Assembly (NCBI RefSeq): GCF_902459465.1
Contig: NC_047070.1
Coordinates: 19,406,001 to 19,470,000 of the forward strand
Source of the DNA: Asterias rubens
Lineage: Eukaryota
Length of the DNA stretch: 64,000 nt
Direction: 5' to 3'
Position 1 is the first letter of the stretch, and each line of letters starts with the position of its first letter. Position numbers and translations under genes: made by a program. Below are positions 1 to 11,283 of the stretch, piece by piece. The notes under the pieces were generated by a model, which saw only the letters and a program-made list of their open reading frames with translations, was not told where the DNA came from and did no database searches.

Positions 1-270
1 TTATTAGCATAAAACCTTATTTGGTAAAGAATAATGGGGAGCTGTTGATGGTATAAAACATTGTGAGAAACGGCTCCCTCTGAAGTAAATTAGTTTTCGA
101 AAAAAGTCATTTCCCACGAATTTGATTTCGAAATCTCAAAGTTAGAATTTGAGGTCTCGAAATCAAGCATCTCCAAGCACACAACTTCGGGTAACAAGGG
201 TGTTTTTTTCTTTCATTACTATTTCGCAACTTTGACGACCAATCGAGCTCAAAATTTTACAGGTTTGTTT
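1..270 (+). mobile_element. MITE family 1 fragment (cut by window edge, 3' truncated)
   Basis: Matches the internal family-1 sequence (GAGAAACGGCTCCCTCTGAAGT, central TTGATTTCGA...TCGAAATCAA hairpin). Confidence 0.85.
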
Positions 271-1141
271 GTTAAAACGTTAAGGCCGATGTTTTTATAT
301 CTTGAATTTTCGTAAGCTGGGAAAAATTGAAAACAGATGCAAATACTAAAGAAGTTTTCAAAACATGTGGATAGCTGCATGAAGGCGTATGCCTGAAATA
401 TGTGCATTATTTAACTACAACATTCTCACCTACAGACATTTTTTATAATTAGCAATGGTTGAATAAATGCATCAGCAAACCCTAAAAAAAATGTAAACTG
501 TTCATACAGAAAGTAGCACACGTGATCGTCATCTCAGTTAGCATTGCCTAACTTATTCATTATCTAAATTTGTAAAACTGGCTGTTGGAAAAAGCTTTTA
601 AGTTTAATGGGCGCAATGCAAGCCGGTAAGCTTTATTGGGAGATAAAACGCGATTGTGAAAGTGGCAGTAAAAACCTGGAATGTCAGTAAAACAAAAACC
701 ACTGTCGCTAAGGGCTGATCCTGGCAACAGGCAAGTCTAGCGGAAAAACCCGATTGTGAAACATAAAATACGGTACAATTTGTATGAATGTTGTTATTAT
801 TTTCATTATTCGGTGCTGATATTGTTCTCGTGGTGAGAATTTGTGTCTGAAATGCAAAAACTGAAAAGTAAATTCATCAAAAGTCCATTTTAATTTATAA
901 GAATAACAATGCTTTTTGAACACAATTATAAAACGAAATGCATAGCAATAAAGGTCAAGTCAGTTTACACAAGTATATATAGTTAATGGTTGTCGTACAT
1001 TACACAGTTCTCGGTCTAGAAAGTGTTGATGTATACTATTCGAAAAATAATAACAACAGATATTCAAACATGTAAAATATCTTCGAGTTGTAAAACTTGT
1101 TTAGGTCTTGTCTAACAAAATGTTGTTACTTTCGTCTACAG

Positions 1142-1186
1142 AATGAAAGGGAACAGACTCTAAGCAGTTCCATATGGTTGACATTG
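1142..1186 (+). CDS. Gene A exon (loop D), NEREQTLSSSIWLTL
   Basis: Acceptor ctacag, donor gtaagt. 45-nt size and sequence match the conserved nAChR DEKNQxLxTNxWL exon. Confidence 0.92.
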
Positions 1187-1920
1187 GTAAGTAGCGATAC
1201 ACAATTTCTCCTCATACCGAGTCAATATGTTTGATATACGATACAAAATCTTCCCATACAGAAATATTTGAATGATAATACTCGCTGTAGGGATCCGTGC
1301 TACCGTCCTTGAGTAATGTACAGTTGAATTGATACGATTTCCGAAATGCTGGAAATATCTCGCACTGCCAATATTGACGCACTTAGTACTTTGTCAGTAA
1401 AATTGATAATATCATAAGGTCATGGTTGAATATTGGCAGAGAAGTCACAATGTGGCGGGACCAGTTCAGGAGATTGTACTCTCAAAATGTCAAATCTGCT
1501 AAACACATGAGTGTTATTATTATCATACTTAAGAATGTCTGAGGAAGCGAACTTGGTGTTAAAAACATTTTGCTTTTTGATTTTAAAATTTAATATTATT
1601 TTCAGAATGCGTAATGGTTACAGGCATTGGACGCTATTGGTGATTACTCAAAATAATTGTTAGAAGAAAACAAACTTACTTGGTAAATGGATAACTGTTA
1701 ATAGTATACAAAATTGCGAGAAACGGCTCCCTCTAAAGAAACCTAGTTTTTGAGTTAGAGGTATTTTCTCACTCAAATATTAAAAGACTTCGGGCCTTAA
1801 GCTTTTTTGTCGCACCTAAAACTTTGAGTAAAATCACACAAGTTTGATGACCAATTAAGTCCTAATTGTCACCGATTTGTTACAATATGCATAATTTGGG
1901 GGACAACAAGTGAGGATACT

Positions 1921-2170
1921 GCCGTCGATTTCACCAAACTCTTCCTAACTTAGGATTAATCTTAGGACGGGTTCAGTTCCGTATCCAAATACGTAGGACG
2001 CATTGAACCCATCCCAAGTTAAGACGGGTTACTCGTCCTAACTCGAGTTAAGACGGGTTACTCGTCCTAACTCGAGTTAAGACGGGTTACTCGTCCTAAC
2101 TCGAGTTAAGACGGGTTACTCGTCCTAACTCGAGTTAGGATTAATCCCAGCGTTTCGTGAAATCGGCTGC
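1921..2170. mobile_element. Nested small inverted-repeat element (GTCGATTTCAC termini)
   Basis: Imperfect TIRs gccgtcgatttcaccaaac / gtttcgtgaaatcggctgc. A related copy lies at 17415-17533. Confidence 0.7.
2017..2132. repeat. 29-bp tandem repeat, 4 perfect copies (AGTTAAGACGGGTTACTCGTCCTAACTCG)
   Basis: Directly visible 29-bp period. Each unit is nearly self-complementary. Confidence 0.95.
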
Positions 2171-2302
2171 CATGTCTTTTACAGTTACTAAATGTATCCA
2201 GTGCCTTTAATAATGCAGTTGCAACCAAAGTAAACCTTTGTATAGTCTATGATTATTAAAAAGCAGTATACACCCTTAAGAAATGTTCTCTTCTCTGTAC
2301 AG

Positions 2303-2412
2303 ACTTGGACGGATGATTACTTGACATGGGATCCTGACGACTATGGTGGAGTCTATGTGTTCAAAATCCCCTCGCACGAAATATGGCTTCCTGATATCTA
2401 CTTTTATAACAA
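2303..2412 (+). CDS. Gene A exon (loop A), TWTDDYLTWDPDDYGGVYVFKIPSHEIWLPDIYFYN
   Basis: Acceptor tgtacag, donor gtgaga. Classic 110-nt nAChR exon with WxDxxLxWDPxxYGG and WxPDxxxYN motifs. Confidence 0.95.
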
Positions 2413-4434
2413 GTGAGAAAATCATAACCTTGTATTTTTATTAATAATTGGTGGTGTATCACTGTATATTTGGTTGGACGTTACACCATGTGTGTATCTT
2501 AACTTGCCAGATGTTGTTCTTGTCAGAACTAACTCACAAACAATTACTATTTTGTTTGTAAACATTTACAAAAACAGCAGCAAATACCAGCACACTTCAA
2601 GATTGTTGTCATTTGCACCGTCTGGTACTTGCTCGTGCGATTGTCAACCATTAGCTGTTTACTTCATCAACAGTTTATGGTGTGAAATTCATTTTTACCG
2701 TCTTGTCTGTTAGGTTAATCTCTTTCATCTTGAATATTGTTTCCTTCAAGTGCAAAGGAGTGGATTATTTTAAGCCATAAAGTACAACCACAAGGTCTCT
2801 GCTGCAATTGATATGTTTGGTTTCATTCCAACAGGCTCATTATTTTATCAAAGAGTAAAACTTTGGCGTTGACTGATTGTACTTTTAAGAGCCACATTTA
2901 CCTACTCAGATATCTAGTCCAGTAACGACGAAACGAGGGTTGCAATCGCTTTAAATACCTACCGTTAAACTGAATGTTCAAATACAAACAAATATATTAA
3001 AAACACTCTATATATAACATGCCTAAGACAAATCCATCCAACAACTCACTTTCTTGACAGAAGTCTCTTTTCTATCAAGGTTATACGTTTTACACTGACA
3101 ATGAAAAGCTTGCTTCAGTCCGTGATGCCTGAGCAAAGTCGACCATCTTTGCGTCCGTAAGAATCTGTATTTAACTGACGGGAAGAACAGATATTCAATT
3201 GGGTCCTTGTACTTGTAAGAGTATTATCTGCTCGAATTACTGCCTCTTTGCTGTTACCAAGATACTTTAACTCGTTCTTATTTGCATAATGGAGTAAGGG
3301 TTTACAATATAGATGTTTTGCTGAGGAAGGGGAAGGGGGAGGGGGGGGTCAAATATAAAGTCGATACCAGCATACCAGTGTTATCATGTTCAATCATGCT
3401 GATTATAAAAAGAAGATATATTTTGAATGTCGCCTTATTTCAGTTGCTCGGCAAGTCTATATCGACAAGCATTCTAAAAAAATAAAAAATAAAACAGACC
3501 TGCACAAAGAGGTTGCCATGTTTCTTCAAGCTATTGACTACGCTTCATGGAAACTCGAGGGTTTAAACGATTCTGCTCTTCCCTCATCCATAGAAACAAG
3601 GATATATGAAGAAAACCAGTTGTCAATCATTATTTGTTATCAATACTTGTCAGGATTCTGGTCCTTGACATTTATCATAAAAACACAATTTGTGTTTCTC
3701 AAATCAAACCCCAAAAGAACCACTTGATCAATACAAGGTCAATGAACTTGACAAGTGCTGTCAAAACAAGTCGAGCGATCGAATTCTAATGATTTTCCGT
3801 GCATAGACAAAACTGTCCCTCCCAACTTAAAATTCAGGTAAACAGTTTTTTATCAATAACTTGCAAATAATTTCCAACTGAATTTTCAAGGGTTATGCAA
3901 ACAAAATGGTAAGCGTATTCAATAGGTTGTTTCGGGGATTTCGGTCACTACAGCATTCCAAATTGAAATGTTCAAAGAGCATCACAACCTAAAATTATGT
4001 ATTGTCGTCTTTGTGGTAGGTAGATGACTGCAATGTTTCCTTAACTAATTCCCGTAACGCATTCAGACGCACCAGCTGTTTATGACACATGGCCGCACCT
4101 AAGGAGTTGGCTGGGAACCTTTGCATCTCATCAAGGCTCTCAAGTAAATTGTGTGTGATATGTTATTTTGCTCTTGCTTACAAGCGAATGGCAAAAACAT
4201 CTTTACCCGAGAACTCTTAATTTGCTTTCAAAGGAAAATACACAAAGTTTGGCGGCCTTAGGAAGAGGAATTGACTATACCTTCTTAAAAGTATTTAGTG
4301 TAGTTTGGGACCAACTGAACAAACTTTATGGATGTAAAAAGTGATAAAGCCAAAATAAAACGAAAACTATCCCATTGACTTTTCCTGTAAAAAAAACACA
4401 CCCACCAAAGTATGAAAAGCTTTACGTTTGAGAA

Positions 4435-5620
4435 GACCAACTCAAGTATGGTTACGCCGATGACTTGGGTATTCTGGTGGCCCACAAGCACTGTGAAGTC
4501 ATTGGGAGAACCCCCAGCCTGGACATGGATACCTTGTCAGCTTGCTTGACGAACTGGAGCCTAAAGCTGACCGAGGTGCATATAATATCAGCAGCAGTCC
4601 AGCTGACCAACAGAGAGGCCAAACGAGAGCGGGACGTACAGGTCAACGGCAGCGACTGACTTTCTAGTCACCTCCACATCCCTTGGTGTAAATCTTGACA
4701 CATGGTAGGCCTGCGATCACCATTGCGCAGACAAAGGTACGGGACATAGAAGGAGCCAGCGTCTCCTCACATACACACCTCTGCCTTGACCTGGCACCCA
4801 TGGTCAGCCAACACAAGCAACTATGAGAGCCTCAAAATGGAGACGTGTCTGTAACTTAACCATGGGTGATGTTGCAACCAACAACGTGGAGCAGTTTTCA
4901 CCGAGAGCACCTGCTCCCTAGGTCATCGCTTAAGATATTAGACAACCCTGACCCAAATCAAAGCGACAATTCGCAACAACAGAGGCTAAACTAGCACTTC
5001 CAACACTAACACCTCATGCCCAAATTGACTGCCACAAATCGTCACAACAGTGGCACCAGAGGCAGAGGTACCACTCCCACAGGCACACACAAAGACAGTG
5101 CACCAATACCTCATACCCAAATTGACTGTCACACATCGTCACAACAGTGGCACCAGAGGCAGAGGTGCCACTCCCACAGGCACACACAAAGACAGTGCAC
5201 CAATACCCCCATGCCTAACGGACTGCCACATGGTCGCAACAATAGCACCAGTCATCATAGCCCCTGAAAGAGCCTCATGCCCAAGCTGTATACACTCCTG
5301 ACCCAGACCTCATTCGGCATGCATAGGTGAAGCTAAACCGCTTACTGGAAAACAGAGAATCACATCATTAGGAAGTGCCCCCTCCATCAACCACCAGTGG
5401 AACCCCAAGGTTTGACCCATGTTCCCACATCGAGTCAGGATTGGCTGCTCAAAACCAAGCTCAGGATCTAAGTCTACCCCCTCCTCCTGAAGAAGACCAT
5501 TGACCTCTATACTAACCGTTCATGCCTCCCCATCTTGGCGAGCAATGACGCAGATATTGCCGAAGGCAATGCAGAGGAACTCATCTGTAGTATTGCCCAC
5601 TGTGTGTGTCTGAAGCGTCA
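4435..5620 (+). mobile_element. Decayed non-LTR retrotransposon (reverse transcriptase 3' half; I/Jockey group, ingi/Vingi-like)
   Basis: Translates as KYGYADDLGIL...DMDTLSACLTNWSLKL...NREAKRERDVQVNG, then frameshifted LGVNLD and later (W>stop)VKLNRL. YADD catalytic motif present; stops and frameshifts throughout. Confidence 0.8.
5012..5250. repeat. 97-bp tandem duplication (about 2.4 copies) inside the LINE remnant
   Basis: Units start at 5012, 5109 and 5206. Explains the repetitive ORFs 5016-5267 and 5050-5301. Confidence 0.9.
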
Positions 5621-6008
5621 CTATTTTATTATTCCTCATTGGATCATGACAACTTGGGCAAAACGTACAAGTTCACCGATGACGGTAAAATGAGCCCCAA
5701 AATGGTTTGTGTTTCCCTTCAGTGGTGTCTTGATTGAGAACCATCAGACTGGAAACAGTTGAGGTGTAGTTGGATATAATTGACTTGATGCTTGACTCGC
5801 TAAGTATCACTTTCGCTACAGGAGTTATATTGAAAGGACCACCATTGGTGTCTACCTCCAATAATAATTGGAGAGTCATGTTGTTGTAATATCCCTTTCA
5901 AGTCCATATGGTTTTTGTCTGCTTGGTTAAAAGAAACAAATGTGATTTTAGGCATTGCATGGTAATGTATCAATGTATTGCGGTAAACACCATGTTTATG
6001 TCTACTTG

Positions 6009-6208
6009 CCAGGGTCTAATTTCTTAGAGCTGCTAGGCTCAAAAATTTGCTTAGCATGAAATTTCTTCCTTGATAACAACAGGATTACCAACCAATTTTC
6101 CATTTGTTGCTTGCTTGTCCTGAAAATCACGAGGATATTTGGTTGGCATTCCTGTTTTTATCAAGGGAAAAATTGTTGTGCTTAGCAGCTCTATAAAATT
6201 GGGCCAGG
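6009..6208. mobile_element. ~200-bp foldback MITE with CCWGG-type ends
   Basis: ccagggtctaatttcttagagctgctaggc pairs with gcttagcagctctataaaattgggccagg. Inner arms ttccttgataacaacaggattaccaaccaa / ttggttggcattcctgtttttatcaagggaa. Confidence 0.75.
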
Positions 6209-6348
6209 TAGAGTTTCTTCTCTAGAGAACTGTCTTGCGTTATTTTACTGCCAAGGAGAAGCATTTTCCCGATTTTTCGTGAGATTTCTCAGTTTTGAAG
6301 AAAGACGTTTACCTTGGTCCATAGATCACAGAGAAAGAAGAAGATAAG

Positions 6349-6650
6349 AAACAGACCACTTCTGGGGCTCAAACTAAATCGTCTTTGGATAGTATGTTCC
6401 CTTTTTTTCATGGCATGGGTATAAACAAACCGACCATTACTGGTTGCTCAAACCAGGCGTCTTTGACATTATTTTCTTTTCTGCATGGTTATAAACAAAC
6501 CGGCCTTTACTGGTGCGTCTTTGGATATGATTATCTTTTCTACATGGTTTAAACAAACCGACCATTACTGGTTGCTCAAACCAGGCGTCTTAAAATATGA
6601 TGTTCTTTTCTGCAAGGTTATAAACAAACCGACCATTACTGGTGCTCATT
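6349..6650. repeat. Degenerate tandem repeat, ~55-70-bp unit, about 5 copies
   Basis: Recurrent (ta)taaacaaaccgaccattactggttgctcaaaccaggcgtctt motif. Confidence 0.85.
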
Positions 6651-7298
6651 TCCTCATCCTAAGACTCTTTGGATATTATTTCAGCCGCAGATGCAGCTCG
6701 AGCTAAAGCCAAATCTGGTGATTTTGACTTTGGCAAAATAATCCGAAGTCTCTGAGGAGAGTGGAACATCGCGGGCAATTGCGTAAGCTGTACCGACAAA
6801 CACTGTCAGGTTATACTCCAATAGAACTATATTTCGATCAAATCCACTCCCAGTTGAAGTTCTGACGGCATGCCGAATAATCAACCTATTTCTGGTACAA
6901 AGTTTTGTTCAGTTCTTATTCTATTTTTCAGTGGTCCGTGAATTTGACGAAACCTAAGGAAGTGTAAAATGAGGTTGTGCATGCAAGTGGAATATAAAGC
7001 GTCTGTATAAACGCCGATGTACCTTAATGCATCCAAACACTAAAGTTGAGAGATTTATTCAAAAAAGGCCAATTTAATTTAAGTTGTTTTAATATAATAA
7101 TGTTCGACCTATTTCACGGACCTCTAAAAAAGATAATGGGATTTTAAATTCGTTATAACCCACCGTCTTCAAAATCCGGGTAGGGCCTACCTTACTTTAA
7201 AATAAAACTTCACACTAAAGATGCGTAGAATCATTCTCAGATCACCAAAAAAACAGCACCTTTAAAAACTAACTATTAAATTTTTGTTCCAAACTTGT

Positions 7299-7662
7299 TT
7301 GAAAGGGTGTATGTACTTTTTGTAGGACAAAAAACACAATTTCCACAGATTTACACTAAACTTACACAGTTCGAAGATAATGATAGTAAAAAGCTTCCCT
7401 GAAAATATTACGTGCTGAGGTGCTGTAGTTTTTGGGAAATGAGTAAAACAATGTCATGAAAATAGATGTTGTCTCATGAGCGAAAATTATTTTTTTAACA
7501 TTAACAAACGTATTTTCATGACAATGTTTTACTCATTTCTCAAAAACTACAGCGCCTCAGTAACTAATATTTGAAGGGAAGCTTTCCACTATCATTATCT
7601 TCAAACCCTGTAAGTTTAATGTAAATCTATGGACATTTTGAAAAAGTACCCGAATCCTTTAA
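7299..7662. mobile_element. MITE family 2 (TTAA-flanked foldback)
   Basis: Long internal inverted arms (cacagatttac...aagcttccc...gtagtttttgggaaatgagtaaaacaatgtcatgaaaat and their reverse complement). Near-identical copy at 36181-36540. Confidence 0.88.
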
Positions 7663-8070
7663 ATGTCATTTCACGGCAGAGTGCTTTCTACCCACATCCA
7701 TTATTTATCTGTGAAATTATGGAGTAGTCTGGCTAATTTAATGACTACAATTTACAAACTAAGGAAAAATACTTAAAGCCCTAATTAGTTTGTAAATCGT
7801 AGTCATTTTAAAAGTGATAATTATACAGATTATTACCATACATTCACAGGTGAATAATGCAGGTTGGTGAAGACTTTACTGCCGTGAGATGTTTGCCAAC
7901 CTTCCAGTCTAAAAGATAAGAGTATAATCATCAAAGTTTTGTAGGCTGTTTTTTTTCAGGTAAAAAAACATCCACTCAACCCTTAAAACGGTTTAAAAGA
8001 ACATTAGGGTTGGCATTTCAAAAGATTGCCGTGCTCACCTGCCACGTTGGGGTTCTGGCTTTATTACTAA

Positions 8071-8190
8071 GTCAAGCTGACGATCAGAGCATACTAATCG
8101 AAACGTCGAGTTGAGACCAACGGTTCTTTTCAGAACCATCCCAACTCATTTAGAGATAGTCATCACATGGTGTTACCGCTAATCCTTCTA
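8071..8190 (+). repeat. Dispersed ~120-bp repeat beginning with a degenerate minimal hammerhead-like fold (Penelope-like terminal remnant)
   Basis: Second copy at 40578-40700. Contains GATCAG-agcata-CT(A/G)ATC-GAAAC-GTC-GAG. Confidence 0.6.
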
Positions 8191-8610
8191 TATATCGTAA
8201 AGTTGAACATTGTAGAAGCTTGATAGAAGGTTAATATACCAGATACAAACACCGTTTTGTATCAGATGTATAGCTCCTGTATACACGGAGGTATCATAAC
8301 TACTTTACATCAATGACGAAACAGGAAAGATTCTCAACTACACATTCACTTCCGACGTACGGTGTGACACATGGATAGGGAGCAATATAAAGACTCCATT
8401 TGAAATGCACAGGGCATTAATTTTGTATTAAATTACTTGTCTCCCTTCAAGACATTTAATCATATAAAACTGCCATAATCTTTTATCTGCAGATCTATAC
8501 TAATAGCGACTAACCCCACCGGCCGACTTCTTAGGGATCTTTAAAGCAACTATATGACTGATCTTCTATTAACAGGATTAACGTCTCATCCAGTTATAAA
8601 CAGCAGCGGT

Positions 8611-8749
8611 GAAAATGGCACCCAGTTGTTTGTATCGATACTGGCTCCTACACAAACTCGAAAATGGCACCCAGTTGTTGGTATCGATACTGACTCCTAC
8701 ACAAACTCGAAAATAGCACCCAGTTGTGTTTCCCTACACAAACTCGAAA
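8611..8749. repeat. 49-bp tandem repeat, about 2.8 copies
   Basis: gaaaatggcacccagttgtt...ctcctacacaaactc units start at 8611, 8660 and 8709. Confidence 0.9.
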
Positions 8750-9720
8750 CTCTCATGTCAAGTTTAATATTGGTCACTACGATTGGGACTCAAATGAAAC
8801 AGCAATTAAAATGCATCTGACACATTGTATTTAACTTTACTTGCACCAAGCTGTGCAAGACATCTGTCATTCCAATAGTCTATTAATCTTTATTTATATA
8901 CTTTGATGCCTTAACGTAGCAGTCAAGGGCAGAAGCGCCCATTAACCGCTTAAGATATAGTAGTACCTGATCGGCAACATTTAAATACATATTGACAGTG
9001 AATAAGCGCACTGTTTCCGAAGTAATGGCGAGATATTTTAATAAATTGGATTCTTACACAGGCGGTGATTGTCAATATAAATTGCATTAATGTTAACGAT
9101 TTGTTTACTTTGTAATGACACATAATTCAGATTTTTGCTGCCAGTTGGTTGTTTAATAAAAATGAATGAATGAAATGAATGAATAAACATCTGAGGAAAT
9201 CAAAACAACATTGATAGATAGGCACATTGTAATCAATGACCATCACCTACTAGCGAAGACTTACATCAATGTGATTGGTCATGACTTGAGAATATCTCAT
9301 GAATATTCATGAACAAACATGTTCATTAGAATGACTTAATCAATCAACTGTCATTGGTCAAGGGTCCATGACTCTACGTCCCCATGGCTGGTTTTCAGGG
9401 GAGACCCAGCCCAAGAAATCGACGGGTCAATTGTTAATGCCTTGTCCATCCGTAGGGCATTCTAGTGTGGTCCTTGCTGGGAATGGAGACGGGATCTTTG
9501 TCGATTGCTTGTGGCAGATGATCAGGTGGATGTTTACGGTGGGCGACGTGGGGAAGATCGATCGGAAACAAGGGTTGGGAATGTCAACTGATTTACCTAA
9601 GAGGCAGTGACCCTTATATTGCTTCCTGAACACATTTCAAAGGATATATCTTAAAAAAATTAAAACATTTATTAACACTTAAATTAATCACAATGTTTTT
9701 TGGGTTTTTTTTTCAATTAG

Positions 9721-9923
9721 TGCCGAGCTGCAAACGAGAAACTTTCTTGTCGGTCCAGTGGTCAAGATCTTCTCTAATGGGGGAATCATGTGGGCAGCCC
9801 CGGTCAACTTCAAAGGGTACTGCCTGCTCGATGTTCGCTACTTCCCATTCGACCATCAGCACTGCGATATGAAGTTTGGTCCATGGCAACACAATGGCAA
9901 AGAGATAATCATGGAGGGACACG
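9721..9923 (+). CDS. Gene A exon (loop E, Cys-loop, loop B), ...YCLLDVRYFPFDHQHCDMKFGPWQHNG...
   Basis: Polypyrimidine tract plus attag acceptor, donor gtaata. Cys-x13-Cys loop with FPFD. Overlaps ORF 9758-9964. Confidence 0.96.
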
Positions 9924-10440
9924 GTAATAATAACTCAATTTGTGTATACACGTTTCTTTCTTAGTAGTGCTGTCGATAGAGGGCGCACACTCTATAGAGT
10001 GAACCGGACTGTTGCTAAGATGAGCTCCGTTTATTGTGGCGATCAAGCCGTATCCCGTAATACAGACACAGTGTCACAGGGAAATCTGTCCGCCGGAGAC
10101 ACTGTACCCCTTTATTGCAAATTAACATGTGCTAAAGGAGGATGTGTCAAACAGGGGCGCTATCACAAAAAGTTTATACACAGTTCGCCTTATGTGGGAC
10201 AAAAACATTTTAACGAAGGGTTGTTGTTTGTCGATAGTGGCAGTATTGGAACAAACAAGCAGTTTGCAACCTCAATAAGTAGATGGATGGTTTGTGAGCT
10301 TTGCTTATACTTAATATGATAAAAAGACTGCAGACTGAAATTAATGTTTTTTCTTCTTTTGTTCTCCTTTTTTTTTAACAACAAAGTACGATAATGTAAA
10401 ACAGCTCTTGTGCTGATTGTTGTATCCTGTATAAATATTT

Positions 10441-10471
<31 letters not shown>

Positions 10472-10557
10472 TTATATATATATTTTTTTTATATGATTAA
10501 CTTAGCCGTTTTAGCAGTGTATTCATTTCTGTTTTGTTGCCTTGATTCTCTCATCAG

Positions 10558-10884
10558 GTAGCCAGTCAGTGTTCATGAGTAATGGTGAATGGGACATGAC
10601 AGGCATCAGTACCGTAGATAACCTTGTATATTACCCAGACGATCCAGGGGTCCCCTTTACAGATACAACCTTCACCATCAAGTTCTCAAGACGTTCAGAG
10701 TTCTACGTCTTTAATCTTATGATGCCATCGTGTCTGATTTGCCTCATGGCGGCGCTCGCTTTTCTGCTGCCACCTACGTCACAAGGAAAGGTCAATCTTG
10801 GGGTCACGTTTCTATTGTCGATGACAGTGTTTCTGATGATTGTTGCTGAGTCTATTCCACCGACCAATCAGGTCCCAGTTATCG
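10558..10884 (+). CDS. Gene A exon (loop F/C, M1, M2, M2-M3 linker)
   Basis: Acceptor catcag, donor gtaagt. Encodes SNGEWD...YYPDDPGVPFTD...RR..FYVFNLMMPSCLI...LLPPTSQGKVNLGVTFLLSMTVFLMIVAESIPPT..VPVIG. Confidence 0.96.
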
Positions 10885-11283
10885 GTAAGTGAATAATAAC
10901 CATTGACCAATAATCATCGACCTTTGCTGGACTTTTGGGGTCCGCTTTGGTCGATGATCAATGCTATAGCCCACGTGTATAGTGTTTTCGATAGATTGTG
11001 TCTGAATTGATTATTGACGCCAATGAGCACATTGATGTACATTTATTAAAATGAATACCGATTCTGACTGCATTATGAGTACATGTTTTTATTTCCTTTT
11101 CTAATTAATGAGTGTGTTATGGGTGAGTATGCAGAAAACACTTTCGAACACAATATGATAAATATTAGAGGTAAATTGAAAATTAATCGTTTAGTTTCAC
11201 GCAATATTTGCTGTTGACCCAAAACAGAAATTAATAAAATGTGTACTGATATCAAACTATGTTTGGTGCTTTGTTCTTGTCAG

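Larger units (their letters stand above)
1618..2210 (+). mobile_element. Old family 1 MITE interrupted by a nested element
   Basis: Left end ttacaggcattggacgctattggtgattac, right end tatccagtgcctttaa. Homology breaks at gaggatactg and resumes at gtcttt after a ~250-bp insert. Confidence 0.75.

Noticed and set aside
2017-2132. CRISPR-like array (29-bp palindromic repeats)
   Set aside because: The repeats are directly adjacent with no spacers, the context is eukaryotic, and there are no cas genes.
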